Assembly: GCA_977018835.1 (NCBI GenBank)
Contig: OZ361257.1
Coordinates: 1,116,001-1,180,000, forward strand
Direction: 5' to 3'
DNA length: 64,000 bases
Source of the DNA: Minutocellus sp. GHC0000111
Taxonomy: Eukaryota
Shown here: one piece after another, positions 12,909 to 25,451 of the stretch
Position numbering within the stretch: position 1 is the stretch's first letter
Layout: every line of letters starts with the position of its first letter
Translations under genes and position numbers: made by a program
The notes under the pieces: model-generated
Seen by the model: only the letters and a program-made list of their open reading frames with translations
What the model was told of the DNA's origin: nothing
Database searches by the model: none

Positions 12909-15900
12909 ATGCCAACAGAATCTCACGTCGACATGTCTTTCAGCCATCGTCGACTACGAAGACGTCCAGCGGCAGCAGCCGACTCCACTTTCACTTCATG
13001 TTGTTGTGGCATAGCTGCTATCCTCTTGCTGACATTCATTCCAACGCAAGCCTCCGGCAACACCTCGATTATGATACCTCCTGCACTACCTACTTCACAT
13101 GCATATCCAGAGAGAAGCAGCAGGCAGGTGTTGCTTGCTTCTCAACAGCGACGTGTTGAGAAACAGCACCGGCAAACTGCCGACCAATCGTCTGATGCTC
13201 AAGTAGAGATATCAACCGAAGATGAGGAAGAAGATGCACCAACGACGTCTCAAGAGAGTAGCGACGAAACATCCAATTATGTCGCTCATCATATCGATGG
13301 ATATGGCAGCATTTCATCCTGCAACGACGACCACGGTAGCAGTGCTGGACGCGACATCGAAAGTAGTACCGGTAAAGCACAGTCTGACTACGAAACCATT
13401 GACTTGGAAATCAAATTTGACTACCAGATGGAACTCATCTCGTTGGCATCTGAAGAGAATAGCTCGGATGCCTACGATGAATTGATTGCATCCACCGAGA
13501 GGACAATGCATGAAGTGATGGTGGATGGTTTTCTCCATTGTGGTTCGCCTGGCGCAACGGAAGGACATGGTATGGACCGGAAACGACGCTTGGCAACAGT
13601 AGCCGAGTCGCAACCACCCAGCCCTCGCATTGTGGGCATTAGCTCAGCACCGCAGGATGCGATATCTCTCGAGGATTCGTGCACATCCGTTCACACCACC
13701 AAAGATGCTTGTGCCGTTGTTCATGCAGCAGCCACGATCACAGTGGAGATGGATGGGATTACAAGTTCGAAGCTCTTGTCTTCAGCAATTGATACCATCC
13801 GCTCCAGCATACTCGAGAAGATTGAGACCGACATGGAGCAGGGTCAGTACGATGAACGCTATGGCCGAAATATCTTTGCCAAGATATCTTTCGGTAGTTC
13901 AAACCACATTGCGCCACCACTCGTTGCGAGCAGAAGCTCCTTGCCAGAGGAAGAGATTGGGAATGGTGCCCATGATCCTTCAGAAACGGTTGCAACACCT
14001 CTGAGGGGAGAATCGCGCACGCGTCACCGCCGACGCAATATGCGGGCCATCGTCGTTGTTATTGGTATGGTTACCATTGCAATGGTGTTTAAATTGATTT
14101 CCTACAACAAAAGCATTCGTTCAAAGAGGAGTGATGAAAAGGGTGACAAAAAGTCTTGGAGAATGCGCAGCAGCATTTGTAATTCTGGCAATGCAAAAAA
14201 CGAAAAAGATACAAATGCAACGGGAGAGAAAAAGCAGGCCAAGATGCCAAAATATGATTCGTTTGGTGGTAGCGTCAGTGCTAAGAGGTCCTAAAGCTAA
14301 GCTAGATAGATATAGCTAGTAGAGGTTAATAGGACCTACGTAGATGAAAAATGGGCCATCGGAGATGTCGTTGGCCCATGGATCAACGGTCAGGAGAGGG
14401 CACTGAGTCAGTGGTCTGATCACCGTACGTACCGTACGTATGTATACGTACGTACGTATCCCACGGTGTCAACACACCCTCGCAGATCAATGACTAGTGC
14501 CATTGAATCTACATGTAGAGTCCTAATTGGAATCTACATGTAAGTAGACTGGTCGCATGTCGACATGGTAGCGGGCGGGATGGTGCTTTGTAAAATAATC
14601 GGCCAAATTTTGCGCTCCTTTCCGCCAGTGCACCTGGAATTGTCGTTGCTCTATGCGATCTTCTTGGACCCAGTAGAATCAATCATCTCATGTCCATAGC
14701 CTTAGACCGTCTTTGCTTGACGGTTTTATTGGCGATTCCAGATGCTGTAGAGTTGTCAACGACGATAGCAGTAGGGGGCTGCGGGTGACCCATTTCTTCT
14801 AGTGCTGCCCGGATTGGTGCTGCATCTTTCATGTTGAAAAACAATCCTCCCAATTCGGCTTCAGCGGCTGAGGACGTTGCATGCTTGATGATGTTGGCAT
14901 TGACGAGGATGGCTCCATTCATTGGTGGCATGGGATCACTTGAGTCAGGCTGGCGGTGCGGGTCCTTAGGTCGGGAGCTTAGGTAGAAGCACCCTCCGAG
15001 CTTGCTTCTTGATTTCGGGGCTGACAAGCAGGAGGCGTCGCTGTGTGCACATGTGGGATCATGTCTGACTTGACGTGTCGAATGACTGCGTCGGGATGGG
15101 TTGCAAGGTAATCTAGAAGCTTCTTGGCATCTTGTCGAGTACGCTCGGTAGCTTTGGATTGTTCCGCTGAGATGCTGTTGAGTGCCGGCAAAATTGTTGA
15201 ATCAATTGCTCGACCATGGCACAAGGAGCTGCCCACCACCTGTTGAATTTCGTTGATGCCTTTGGCGTCGAGTGGTGGTGAGTCGTCTTCCGGTTCTGGC
15301 AGCTGGGGTCCCGGGCCATGCGTCGGACGATTCCATCGATGTGGCGCATGCTCGGGCCGTGAGGGGCGGTCGTGTTGGAACTTGTGGCACATCTCCTTGA
15401 CGTAGTTAGGCACAGATAGATCCACCCATTTGGCCTCGTAGTTCCACTCGAGTTGAACACCACAACAAAGTCGGCCTTCCCAATCGGTAGTGATCTTGTG
15501 CTTGGAGTTGAGGGCCTGAATGAGATGGTCTGCATGCTCTTTCCCGACACACTTTACTCCAAAATCGTCAACGGTTAGGCAAAAGGTAATTGGGCGGGTT
15601 TTGTGCCTCCAAAGGCCGGCAGCACGCTTGCAAGGGAAATGGCCATGGGGTTTGAGATGCTTGACAAGTTGATCGTAGGCTAGGCGTCCTGCCTGGGGTG
15701 ATCCATGCATTCCGCCATCGATTCTGACCAATGCTCGACCATTCTTTTACTTTGTCGTGGAGGTCGTAGGCTTCCATGACTTCGTCGGGGATGAGAGCTA
15801 CTGGCGCCCACATCCATTCTGGCTCTGGCATGGTGCCATTGAGATAGAAGTCACTGATGTCAATTCCCATGAAACGAGCGTTGTCTGTAGAGATGACGCT

Positions 15901-18900
15901 GTTGAAAAGTAACTTTGCAGTCAACATTCCAGTTGTCGGGGTCGAGACTGTACCAGGGTAATGAATTTTGTCGCCTCCTGCAGTCCATCGAACTCGGTTG
16001 GGATTTGGTTTATGGGAGCGATAGTCGGCGACAATGCGGAGGTGTGTGGCTTTTCCCCCCCGAGGCAGTTCGGACCAGTGGACGAAAGCCATTGCGTTGG
16101 AGGGAATGCTAGCTCTGTTTCCAACTCGGCCGTCCGTTAGCCGTCCAATTTCATTGATGTTTGCTTGAATGAATTGGTCCCTCATGTTCGTTTTGAGGAG
16201 GTCGCGGTATTCAAGCATTGCACCAGTGTCGGGATGGACGACGGCGTTAGCAAAGTGTTGGAGGTTTGGTAAAGGCGAGAAAGCTGCCATGTTGGCCACG
16301 TGGTGGGTACTACGACGAGATGATGGCCGTGGGGGAGGGTTCCGATGTGGAATGCACCCTCGCTGACGGTGTGATCGTCGTCGAGGTGGTTTGGCGGTCG
16401 ATGGTTTGGACTTGCTTGTCGATTTTGCTGGAGCTGGTAATGTTGGAGTGGTATCGATCGTTGGAGACTTGCGTTTACGTTGCCGACGGGAGGTGGGGGC
16501 ATTGGAACTTTGATTGGATGTTACGGCGGTTGCATCGTCGTCATGATTATCATCATCGTCGCCGTTGGGCTCGTCTACTGCAGCCAAAGGATTGTAGCAG
16601 TTGGAAGAAACTGACGAGAGAGGTGGCGCGTTGGATCGACGTGATCGACGGCTTTTTGTGGTGGCTGCATCACATGTGGAGGATTTTGCCACCCTCGGAG
16701 GTTGCTGGGGCTGAGGTAACGGAGCGTTGGGGTTGGAGACAAGGTGTCGGCCTACTTCAGTCTCGTTCATCTCTTCTACGTCGTCGTCCTCGCATTTGAT
16801 TTTGTAGTACTTATGCTTCTTGTCAAATGCAACGACTCTACCCTTGTAATTGCGATCTCCAAACACTTTGGCGACGATGGTGCCGAGGCGGAATCGTTGG
16901 GAGTCGTCATCGTTCTCCAGCACCCTCGGAGCTGCGGTTGTCCGCATCGTCTCATCAGAGGCGGAGGTGGCAGATTCTGCTGGGGTCACGCTGTTGAAAA
17001 TCTCGGAGAGCTCTTCTAAAGCTTGACGATGCTCGTCTCGAAGGGGAGCAAGGGGTGCCGCTGGATGTGGATTCTGTAGAGCGTGCAGGAGTTCATGAGC
17101 TGCGACTATTGCTGCATCGGCCGACGACGTTTTGGGTACCGGAATCATTTTGGGGAGCCAGACGAGTGTGTTACCAGTGCGTTCCGCCCGAGTTTCCTCA
17201 ATCCAAACCTTGTAACACCGGTAGTGTTCCATGGCTGGACCGACATAGTACCCATCAACGCCATGCGGGGACCAAGAGCCGCGTGCCGAGGGCATCTCGT
17301 GAAAGATGACCTTGCATCCGAGGGGGCCGAGAGGCGTGCGATTGAAATCAAAGCCGCCATTGAGTTGCTCGTACGCTGACAGTCGAGGGTTGACTCGGGA
17401 TGCTCTCAGGAAATTGAGGGTCATTACCGCCTGCTCCAGCAATTTATCCCACAAGATGAGGGGAAAGTCGGGATCGGTGCCACAGAGAATCGCAATGAAA
17501 TGATTCTTAAAGGTTCGAATGGCTCGTTCGGCCGCATTTCGGCGGTGGGAGTGCGTTGGGGTCAATTGAAAATCTACATCCTTTTCTTCCATGAACTCCT
17601 TCAGCTCTCGACTCACTTCATTATCCAATCGTTGCAATTTTGGGCGAAATCCTCGCTTGGAGAGGTATTCGAAAATAGTTTGGTGCGCTCGGCGCATTTC
17701 CGTTCCCGATCGGCTTTTCATTGGTTCGGCCAAGATGCTGTTGGAGTCATAGTCATAGACGACCATTATGCACTGGTGGCCAGAAATAGACGATGCCAAG
17801 AAACGGCCGTGCTGATCTGAGAAGATCTGGCCCGTTTTGTCATGACAATCAGCAAAGACATAGTTGGTGCGCTGTTGGTGTTGTGCCGGGTGGAGATCCT
17901 GCTCGGTTTCGTCCACCCCAGGGAGAGATTTTGGCGTAGCCATCGACCGTTTGGGCTTGGTCGACCTGATGTTCTTGCGCTGCTGGTCTAAGTGACCTTT
18001 AATCATCGGTGTCGACTGTGGCATGTGCTTACGTACAAGCTTTGATGTGAGGCCTGGCCAAGATCTATAAAATCCCGCATCGATTGCTTTGCACCAGGTA
18101 GATAGCTGAGGACTGCCAGCGCACCAATGAAAAAAGGCTACACGTTCCGGAACCGTCTCCTGGGCAATTGCGGCGTTGGCAGCATGTTGGATGACGTTGG
18201 GGCCGGGGAGCGGCGACGTGGTGGGCGAGCAATTAAGATCTACCATCCACAATTTCGTTGAGGGGTCTCGTTTACCTTGCAAAATGACGGTGTTGTCCTT
18301 GGCGATGACTACCGAATCCTTGTCGAAAGTGGCAACACATCCATCGTCACACAGCTGCCCAATCGATAGGAGCGATGATGCCATATTATTGAAAACATAG
18401 GCCTTGCTAGCCGATGGGGAAACCCCAGGGAGGCGAAGCGTGGCCTCGTGGGTGTTCGTCATTGTGCTGTTATCCGGAAGGGTGACGCTGATAGGAATTG
18501 CTGTCTGTTGGACGTTGAAAATAGGGCCATCGTGCGACAGGCATTGGGGCTTCTGGACAAAATGTCCCGTCGTTCCAGCATCTGCTGCGAGGACGATTGG
18601 CTCTTGAGTTGGAGGTTAGCTTTTTGACGTAAGAAAAGCTAACGAAGGCGGGGAGGAGGTGGATTCAGACATGCTGTCCTCTATTTTATACTGATTAACA
18701 TCCACCGTCCCTCCCGCTCAGTTACGACGCGAGCTACCACCGCAAGGATTGTACTTGGTGGCGTTATCAACGTGGTTGGGCCCTTTGCAAGTGCATTCAA
18801 AGCTGGGGTGGTTGGACGAACAGCCGCACGTGTGGCAATGGTGGCCTCTGGGGAGGATCGACTGCAGTTCCCGCTTCTCCTGGCGGTTGAGGTTAGGACC

Positions 18901-20830
18901 TTGGCCTGGGAAGTGGCCGGCGCCGTTCTGCTGGCCACCGCCGCGGTAGCCTCCACTGCCACCAGCATGGTTGCGTCCCTCACGCAGAACGCGGTTCTCG
19001 GCCTTGAGTGAAGCTATTTCTTGGCGAAGTTTGGCAATGGTGTCATCCTTCTCGTTGCTCTTTTTGGCGAGGTTCGCCATCATGGCTTGGTTGGTCTTGA
19101 GGGCTTCGGTGGTGTCAGCCAAAAGGAGATCGGCTCGAGAAAGAAATGGATCGTCCGAGGCCGATGAGGCCAAATTCGCGCCATGATATCCTGCCGCTTC
19201 GGTGGTGGCATTGGCCATCTTCTTGTCATGCCAATCGCGGAAGTCCGACTGCATGTTGGCCCACGTGCGTTCGGCCTCCGGTCTGTCGTCCCAGTCCTCG
19301 CATGCCTTCTTTGCCAATGAGAACCTGCGCACGGAGCGGTAGAACTTGGAGACCTTTTGCTTGTTGGTGAAGGGTTCGCCGGCCGTTTCAAACGCCTTGA
19401 AGACTTTGTTGAATGTGGCGATGTGGGTGTCGATGGGTCCCCCGTCGTGCTGCTTCTCGAGCTGCTTCTCTAATTCCTCCTTCTGAGTCTCGTTGAATTT
19501 CAAGTAGCGATCGGCAATGCTGTCGATGATTTGGCGGATGGTGACTGGCTGGAAACCGAGCATGTCATCTTCGAGATGATTGATGTAGACGGCGTCGATC
19601 GAGTCGAGGAGGAGATTCTTGAGCGCCGTGTTGACTTGCTCGTGCAAGTTGCAGTGGCCCTTTTCGATGCAACATCCCCGGATTGCACGATCGCGTTGGT
19701 CTAGATTGGCCACGGCGGGAATGGTAGGGCTGGGGCCAGGATTTGCCGGAGGCACATGTGGTCGGCCGTTACTTTTGGTGGTGTGTTCGGCATCGCTGAC
19801 GACGAGGCCCAAATGGCCGAGGTTGTGGTCATTGCACCCTCTGCTGGAGTGCTGGCCGCCGCTTGTTGAAGTTCCTTGAGCGCTTTGGCAACACGCTCGC
19901 GTTGGGGAGGTTGTCCTGGGTCATTCATACGTGTGATTAACTTGGTGGGGAGAATCGGCTCTGCGCCGAGAGGTTGGCCAAAAACTGTGTCGGGATTCAT
20001 GCTGGTGTTTCAGTCAGCGAAGACAGGCAGCACGGCGGTGTTGCTGCTGCTGCTGCGAGACGTGTGTGATCGACAGAAGGTTCGATCCAGAGAAGTGTGA
20101 TCGATTGGATGGGTCGATCTGGTCAGGACTTTCGGGGAAGGGATTGGATCGTCGTTCCAACATTGTCGAAAGAAACGGTCGTTTTGGCCGATTGAAGATG
20201 TGTCGGTTTTTCTTGCGTGACGAGTGAGAGAACCCAAGACACAAACCGGTGAGGTGCGAACCGAAATGGGGCGAGCACGGGTGGAAAAGATGTATCACGT
20301 AGAGGTCTGCTAAGAGGTCCTAAAGCTAAGCTAGATAGATATAGCTAGTAGAGGTTAATAGGACCTACGTAGATGAAAAATGGGCCATCGGAGATGTCGT
20401 TGGCCCATGGATCAACGGTCAGGAGAGTGCACTGAGTCAGTGGTCTGATCACCGTACGTACCGTACGTATGTATACGTACGTACGTATCCCACGGTATCA
20501 ACAGTCAGCAATACATCTATTATTGTCGAAGAAGAAGAAGATAATGACAAGAGCCAGAGCGATGATTTCGAGGGAAATGAGAGCATCCAAGAGAGCATTG
20601 AGAGTGATGATGACGATGACTGGACATACGATGCAATTGGTAGACAAGCGAGCCTGGAAATACTTGATTTGGAGTCTGGCGCAGGTGCTCCTGCCGCTGT
20701 TGCAGGTGACGAATCAATGAACGTCGTCTCGGCTCCTCCCTCTGCTTCGAACGCGAAGATGCTACAAATGATGGCGAATGGCCAGATCCACATGGGCTTC
20801 GAGGAAGCTTGGGAGACTTTCGACAATTGA
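12909..20830 (+). CDS. Diatom-type single-pass membrane protein of unknown function, interrupted by the copia element (coding 12909-14278 + 20509-20830)
   Basis: Signal-like and TM segments. Removing the element and one GTCAG copy restores an open frame ...SFGGSVS|NTSIIVEEEED...EEAWETFDN* ending at TGA 20828-20830. Confidence 0.75.
14279..14474 (-). repeat. 3' LTR
   Basis: Direct repeat of 20308-20503 with 2 mismatches; contains a TACG/CGTA array. Confidence 0.97.
14523..18600 (-). pseudogene. copia pol (protease, integrase, Tudor-like insert, RT, RNase H), disrupted
   Basis: PR LAADAGTTGHF; IN RLDNE...HRRNAAERAIRTFKNHF; RT DISDFYL, GMHGSPQAG, LTVDDFGVK; RH SDAS, SSAAEAELG, VDNSTA, AMDMR. 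Frameshifts near 15745 and 15045; 7-bp insertion 14679-14685. Confidence 0.95.
18718..20000 (-). pseudogene. copia gag
   Basis: GHLGLVV..AE...VPPANPGP N-terminal motif, W.....ERTWANMQSDF, CoDi-type C-terminal knuckle CHTCG...H....C......H...AT..N..GGS; frameshift near 19840. Confidence 0.85.
20308..20503 (-). repeat. 5' LTR
   Basis: See 3' LTR; reads TGTTGA...TTAGCA on the element strand. Confidence 0.97.
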
Positions 20831-20974
20831 GTGGGAAAAGAAAGGTTTTGTTGAACAGAGTTGAGGTCGCTGGGCTGCGACACTGAATAAGTTGGGAATT
20901 AATAAAGGTTATAGAGATGTAAATGGCTATTAGATTGAAATGTCATTTTATTTGCTCTAGTGTACACGTAGTAA

Positions 20975-22426
20975 TTAGTTTGTATCTTGGAACTCGCTTG
21001 CATATTTCAGCGCGGAAGAGAATCTCTCGAGCGTGTGTACCAAGGCAACAGCTTCTTGTCTCGATAAGCTTATAGCTTGCGACGAGCTATCGTCGAGTAA
21101 CACCTTGAGTGCCGTTCCTATGCCAATTGTCTGCAAGGTCCCCCACAATCGACAGCGGTCGCATCCGACACATTCCATTATTTGTAGCAAATGTTTGAAT
21201 CTCTTTTGTAGTTCAATCCTTTTGGGACCAGCATCTTCACCACCCAAGAAGAGACTAGTTTCATCAAATGTAAGTGGGCAGGATTGCGCCAAGGTAGATA
21301 CTTGAGGAAGGAGAGTATGTGTCCACTCGGTAAGACTGGCGCTAAAAAGTGAATCTTCTTTTGGCACTGCTGTAGTCACTGCCGGTCCCGCCTTCTGAAC
21401 CGCTCTGAGAAGAATCGCAAACACAGCATACAGATTCTCCAGTCGATCCTTGTGGTTCAGGACTTGTTCGCGTGCAACTGATGAATTCATTCCCCACTCT
21501 TTGCATTCTGCTATTTGGTCCTGGTCCATTTCAAGGCAATATGAGTGCGCAATGTGAAGCGAGATCGACGAGTGTAGCCCTGAAATTATTCGATTGTAAA
21601 CTCATTCCTCTGGAGATAAAGAGCAATGCCCAACTATGTCGTCTCCTTCCTCACCAGGTCCTGACTGCTGCTGAAAACAATTGTCTGAATGAATAGCAGT
21701 CCAGACTTTGTTTGCGCTGGGTCCAGCGTATCCTGTGTATCTCTCTGGGTTTAGGCGCAAATCCACAACTACGGCTGTGTCGCCATCGACTTTCTGCACA
21801 TCATTGGCTTTCGCAGAAATATCAAGCGGCGATTGCTGGTCCAAAAAGGTCAATGGAGAAGACTCCCACCCACTGGTAATGTGCGCATCGACAATCGTCA
21901 CCACTCGATCGTCTATATGTTCACAATTGGGATCTGGTCCGGTCTTTTGTGGCATCCATTCGACATCGTCAGCCCACTCTGGTGGCTTTTCGCACTCACA
22001 TACGCCGCAATCTCTCAACACGCACATGGGTGCATCATCCCACAGCTTACAGTTCGAGCAAAGATCAATCTTAAAGTGAGCAAAGAAGGGAGTTTGGACG
22101 ATCAGCCGAAGGAGAGGATAGACCGTTTCACTATTCGTCCTCTCGAGATCGGCGAAGGAGCAGCAGCAGTCAGACACTTTGCCGGAGAGCCCAAAAGTCG
22201 ACGCGAACGTGGGTTGGTCAACATCGCAGGAACATTGCTCATCGTGATATTGATGCTGTTGCTGCGGATTCTCGACGTTGATGATGCTGCTTGTTGGCCG
22301 TCCTCCATACATGTATCCAGAGAGGACATGTAGCAGCGCAAAAAGTGCAACTGCGACGGCAACGATGGCCACAACAACGACGGGAAGCCGTCTCTTCTGT
22401 TTCGCATTCTCAATGTTGTCGTTCAT
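20975..22426 (-). CDS. ERO1: ER oxidoreductin 1
   Basis: G.VSDCCC, PFFAHFKIDL, VDLRLNPERYTGY, MECVGCDRCRLWGTLQ..GIGTALKVL; one frameshift near 21600. Confidence 0.92.
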
Positions 22427-23338
22427 ATTGGAGGTACTAGATCTAGTAGTAGGAATAGATCTAACAAGCCAAGTGATATATCTTGCCCAATGTCTTGCCT
22501 TCCGGCCCCTGCTGATTCCCATTCGATTCGATTCGTGCCAATGACGACGATGCAGCACTCGCCTCCACGTGTTCTACCAATTAATCAATAAGCAATGGGC
22601 ACTTCGAAACATGTAAGAAGAGTGCGAGCCAACATCCCAATGCTATAATCAACTCGACAGAAGCAACTCGACAATAGGAAATAACGGTAACGTAAGAGTG
22701 CATGTGATGTGGTCTGTCCGTCGCCGCCACAAGGAGCAAGCATCAAGTCCTTGTAAGAACTTGTACCTAGGTAATCATCGCATGTCGTTTTTTTCCTCTC
22801 TTCATTCCAAAGCCCCCCAGTCAATGGCCCCAATGGTGCGGTGGTGACTGCGTGCCGCCAGAGAGCGACCTGAAGCACGAGGCGGCCCGAAGGTTACCCT
22901 CCTAGCTAGCTCTAGTCAAGCTAGCTACCTAGCTACGTAGCAGAGCACTGCCAGATGAAGGAAAGCGGCGCCGATACCGGTAGAGAGGGTGACCGGCCGT
23001 CGGAAGGTGAGCCATGTTTCACCTCAAGGTGCAACCGACGTCTTGGTATTAATATCAATACCGATCAGTTATGAATATGACCGGGTGCATTGGCTGACTC
23101 TCCTTTCGGCGGGTTGATTGCTGTCAGCCTACATCTTTTCATCATGCTGTTGTCGCGTCGATACGATGTATCTTTTATCTTTCTTCTATTCTGACCCATA
23201 TCATTTCTGTCCTCCCGTCTTTCTTCGCTTTCTTTCCACTGGTTACTTATTCCCCCCCCCCTTGCTTGTTGCGTTGTATGGTTGTTTGTGATGCGATCTG
23301 TTCGATTTGATTCAGCTTCGGCTGGGTCTGCAATTGCC

Positions 23339-24233
23339 ATGAGTAATACATCTGCGCTGCCAAATCCTGCTGCTGCGGTTGCCACACAAACGGCGGCCGC
23401 AGCAGCAGGAAGGGATAGACTGACTTCTGCACATTCAGACACTGCCAACACAGCAAGATCTATTGCTGGTAGTAAGGTTCTGGATTGCTTTTCGACGGAC
23501 GGGAAACAGACTGGCGTCCCGAGTAGCCGCAGCGCTAGCAGCCCTTCAACGGATGTCGGCGCTGTTGCGACGCCGATTGATGAGCCACTGAAGACAGTCA
23601 TACGCAATGTTGTCATCCCTCGATCGGATCCAGCAAATCCTGCTTCGTCGTTCAAACTTGATGTACGTTGCCTTCTCCAACTCCTTTTTGCGAAGCATGT
23701 GGCGGAGGATAAAGCCTGGCTCAATTTTTCATACTTCTTATCCTCTCGCTCTGATTGATTCCAACTCTTTCCTTGCTTGCTTTCGCTCTCGTCTTTGCGA
23801 ATAATTGATATTTATTCGCATGCATTAATACGATACACACAAACAGGTCAAAAGGGCGAATGACTTCTATGGAGGAGCAACGTTTATTGGGAACGATTAT
23901 TTCCACCCTACCCTCCTCAACAAAATGCCCAGAGGGAATTAGCTTTTTCGTAAGGATATAATCGTGGGTGTGAATGGTGAAACAGTCTTTGATGTAAATG
24001 AGGAGAGACCAACATGTGCCTTCGACTCGGTCATCGATCGAATGCGATCAACTGGCCCTGGCGAATCTTTGGTGCTAGATGTTATGAGGCTCAGCTCTGA
24101 ACCGATTCCTCGCCGCGTTCGTGTAACCAAGGTCCTGCCAAAATATGTCGGCTCCACTTCCAATATTATTTTCACTCCGGAACTTTTGCAGAGAATTCGA
24201 GATAAGGTTCTTGGCGATGCTTGTGGACCTGAT

Positions 24234-24272
<39 letters not shown>

Positions 24273-25451
24273 TCTTCTGCGCCGAGAAATGCATTGAGTA
24301 TTGACGCAGAGGATGTGCCGTCCCACCAATTCTCGACGACTCTTGTAGTGGCCGGGTGGTCTGATCTTGTCGAATCGACCAAGACAATTATTACTGATGT
24401 ATTGCATTCTCATGTCATTTGTCACAAGCAAAACACAATGCTCCGATCGAACGAGAATATTGAGCTGGACCTCCGATTAGACCCAGGACGTAAAATGGGT
24501 CTCTACCTTGATGATTTTGGGCATACCTATCTTCCTCATATACGACGATCAACCCGTGGTGTGTGGTTCAAGATCCAACCGGGGGAGCAAATGAGCTCCA
24601 TTCTTGGCCGGGCAACGGAACTTGGCGGAGTTCTACTCAAAATTGGAGACAGGGCTGTGGACTCAATAGACGATGCGGCCAACGCGTGGGCTTTACAGAG
24701 AAACGATGGTGAAGTCACCGTTACCGTTTGCATACACAATGAAGCTGATACTACTTCAGTAAGTCAGTCTCACCTTGTTAGAGAGCCACGACGACGTGGT
24801 GGTGGTGCCTATCGAGGACCTTTGCACGTTTCGGCTACATCTGCCTCTAATCTGAGCACAAAAGAACCAGCTGGTGCAGCAAGCACGAAACGAAAACGAA
24901 AGCTATCCGGTGGCGATGACAATGGGGAGAAGAGGAAGCGAAAGGTAGCCCCTGACGCCAGTGGAAATAATAATGGCAGGGGCGGTGGGGAGACGTCAGT
25001 CTCCAGTATTTCCCTCAACGTTAACGAATACCAAAGATTCCGGGCCAAGATGTCTCGCATCTTTGACGTTGAGTTCAAGGCGCATGGTTTCCAGAAAAGT
25101 GCGGTGATCAAATCTGCATGGGGTCTACACAAATCTATTATAGGAGATGCCTGCGATGACAACTGCAGCTGCTGTCCGTCGAGGCTTCGGGACATTTGCG
25201 CCAACGTCGTAAAAGAACATTTGGAGAAGACGCAGCAGAAAGAAGGATCTCAGTGGACGAATCCTCTCAATCTTCGACCCGATGAGTTTCCGATTGGTTT
25301 CATATCCCGCTTTGTGCCCAAATTTATCTCTCGTGTTGAGAGAGAAATGCCAGGCTCAAATGCTACTGAAGTATTGGACATGCTCATTCAAATGTGGGGG
25401 AAGCACAAGAAAGCTTCTTGTAGCAGTTCATGTACAATACAAAAGCGATGA
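23339..25451 (+). CDS. Hypothetical protein with PDZ-like segments and a repeated W..HK...CxxxC module; probable intron ~23663-23847; in-frame TAG 23940-23942
   Basis: DIIVGVNGETV and LLKIGDRAVDSIDDA resemble PDZ strands; long ORF 23964-25451. Confidence 0.45.
24234..24269 (+). repeat. (GCA)12 microsatellite encoding poly-Ala
   Basis: Directly visible. Confidence 0.95.

Larger units (their letters stand above)
14279..20503 (-). mobile_element. Ty1/copia LTR retrotransposon (CoDi-like), 6225 bp, defective
   Basis: 196-bp TG...CA LTRs, 5-bp TSD GTCAG (14274-14278, 20504-20508), domain order gag-PR-IN-RT-RH, purine-rich GCGAGGGTG just before the 3' LTR. Confidence 0.97.

Noticed and set aside
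14423..14460. CGTA/TACG array as a CRISPR or independent satellite
   Set aside because: Short simple repeat inside both LTRs; no spacers or cas genes; eukaryotic context
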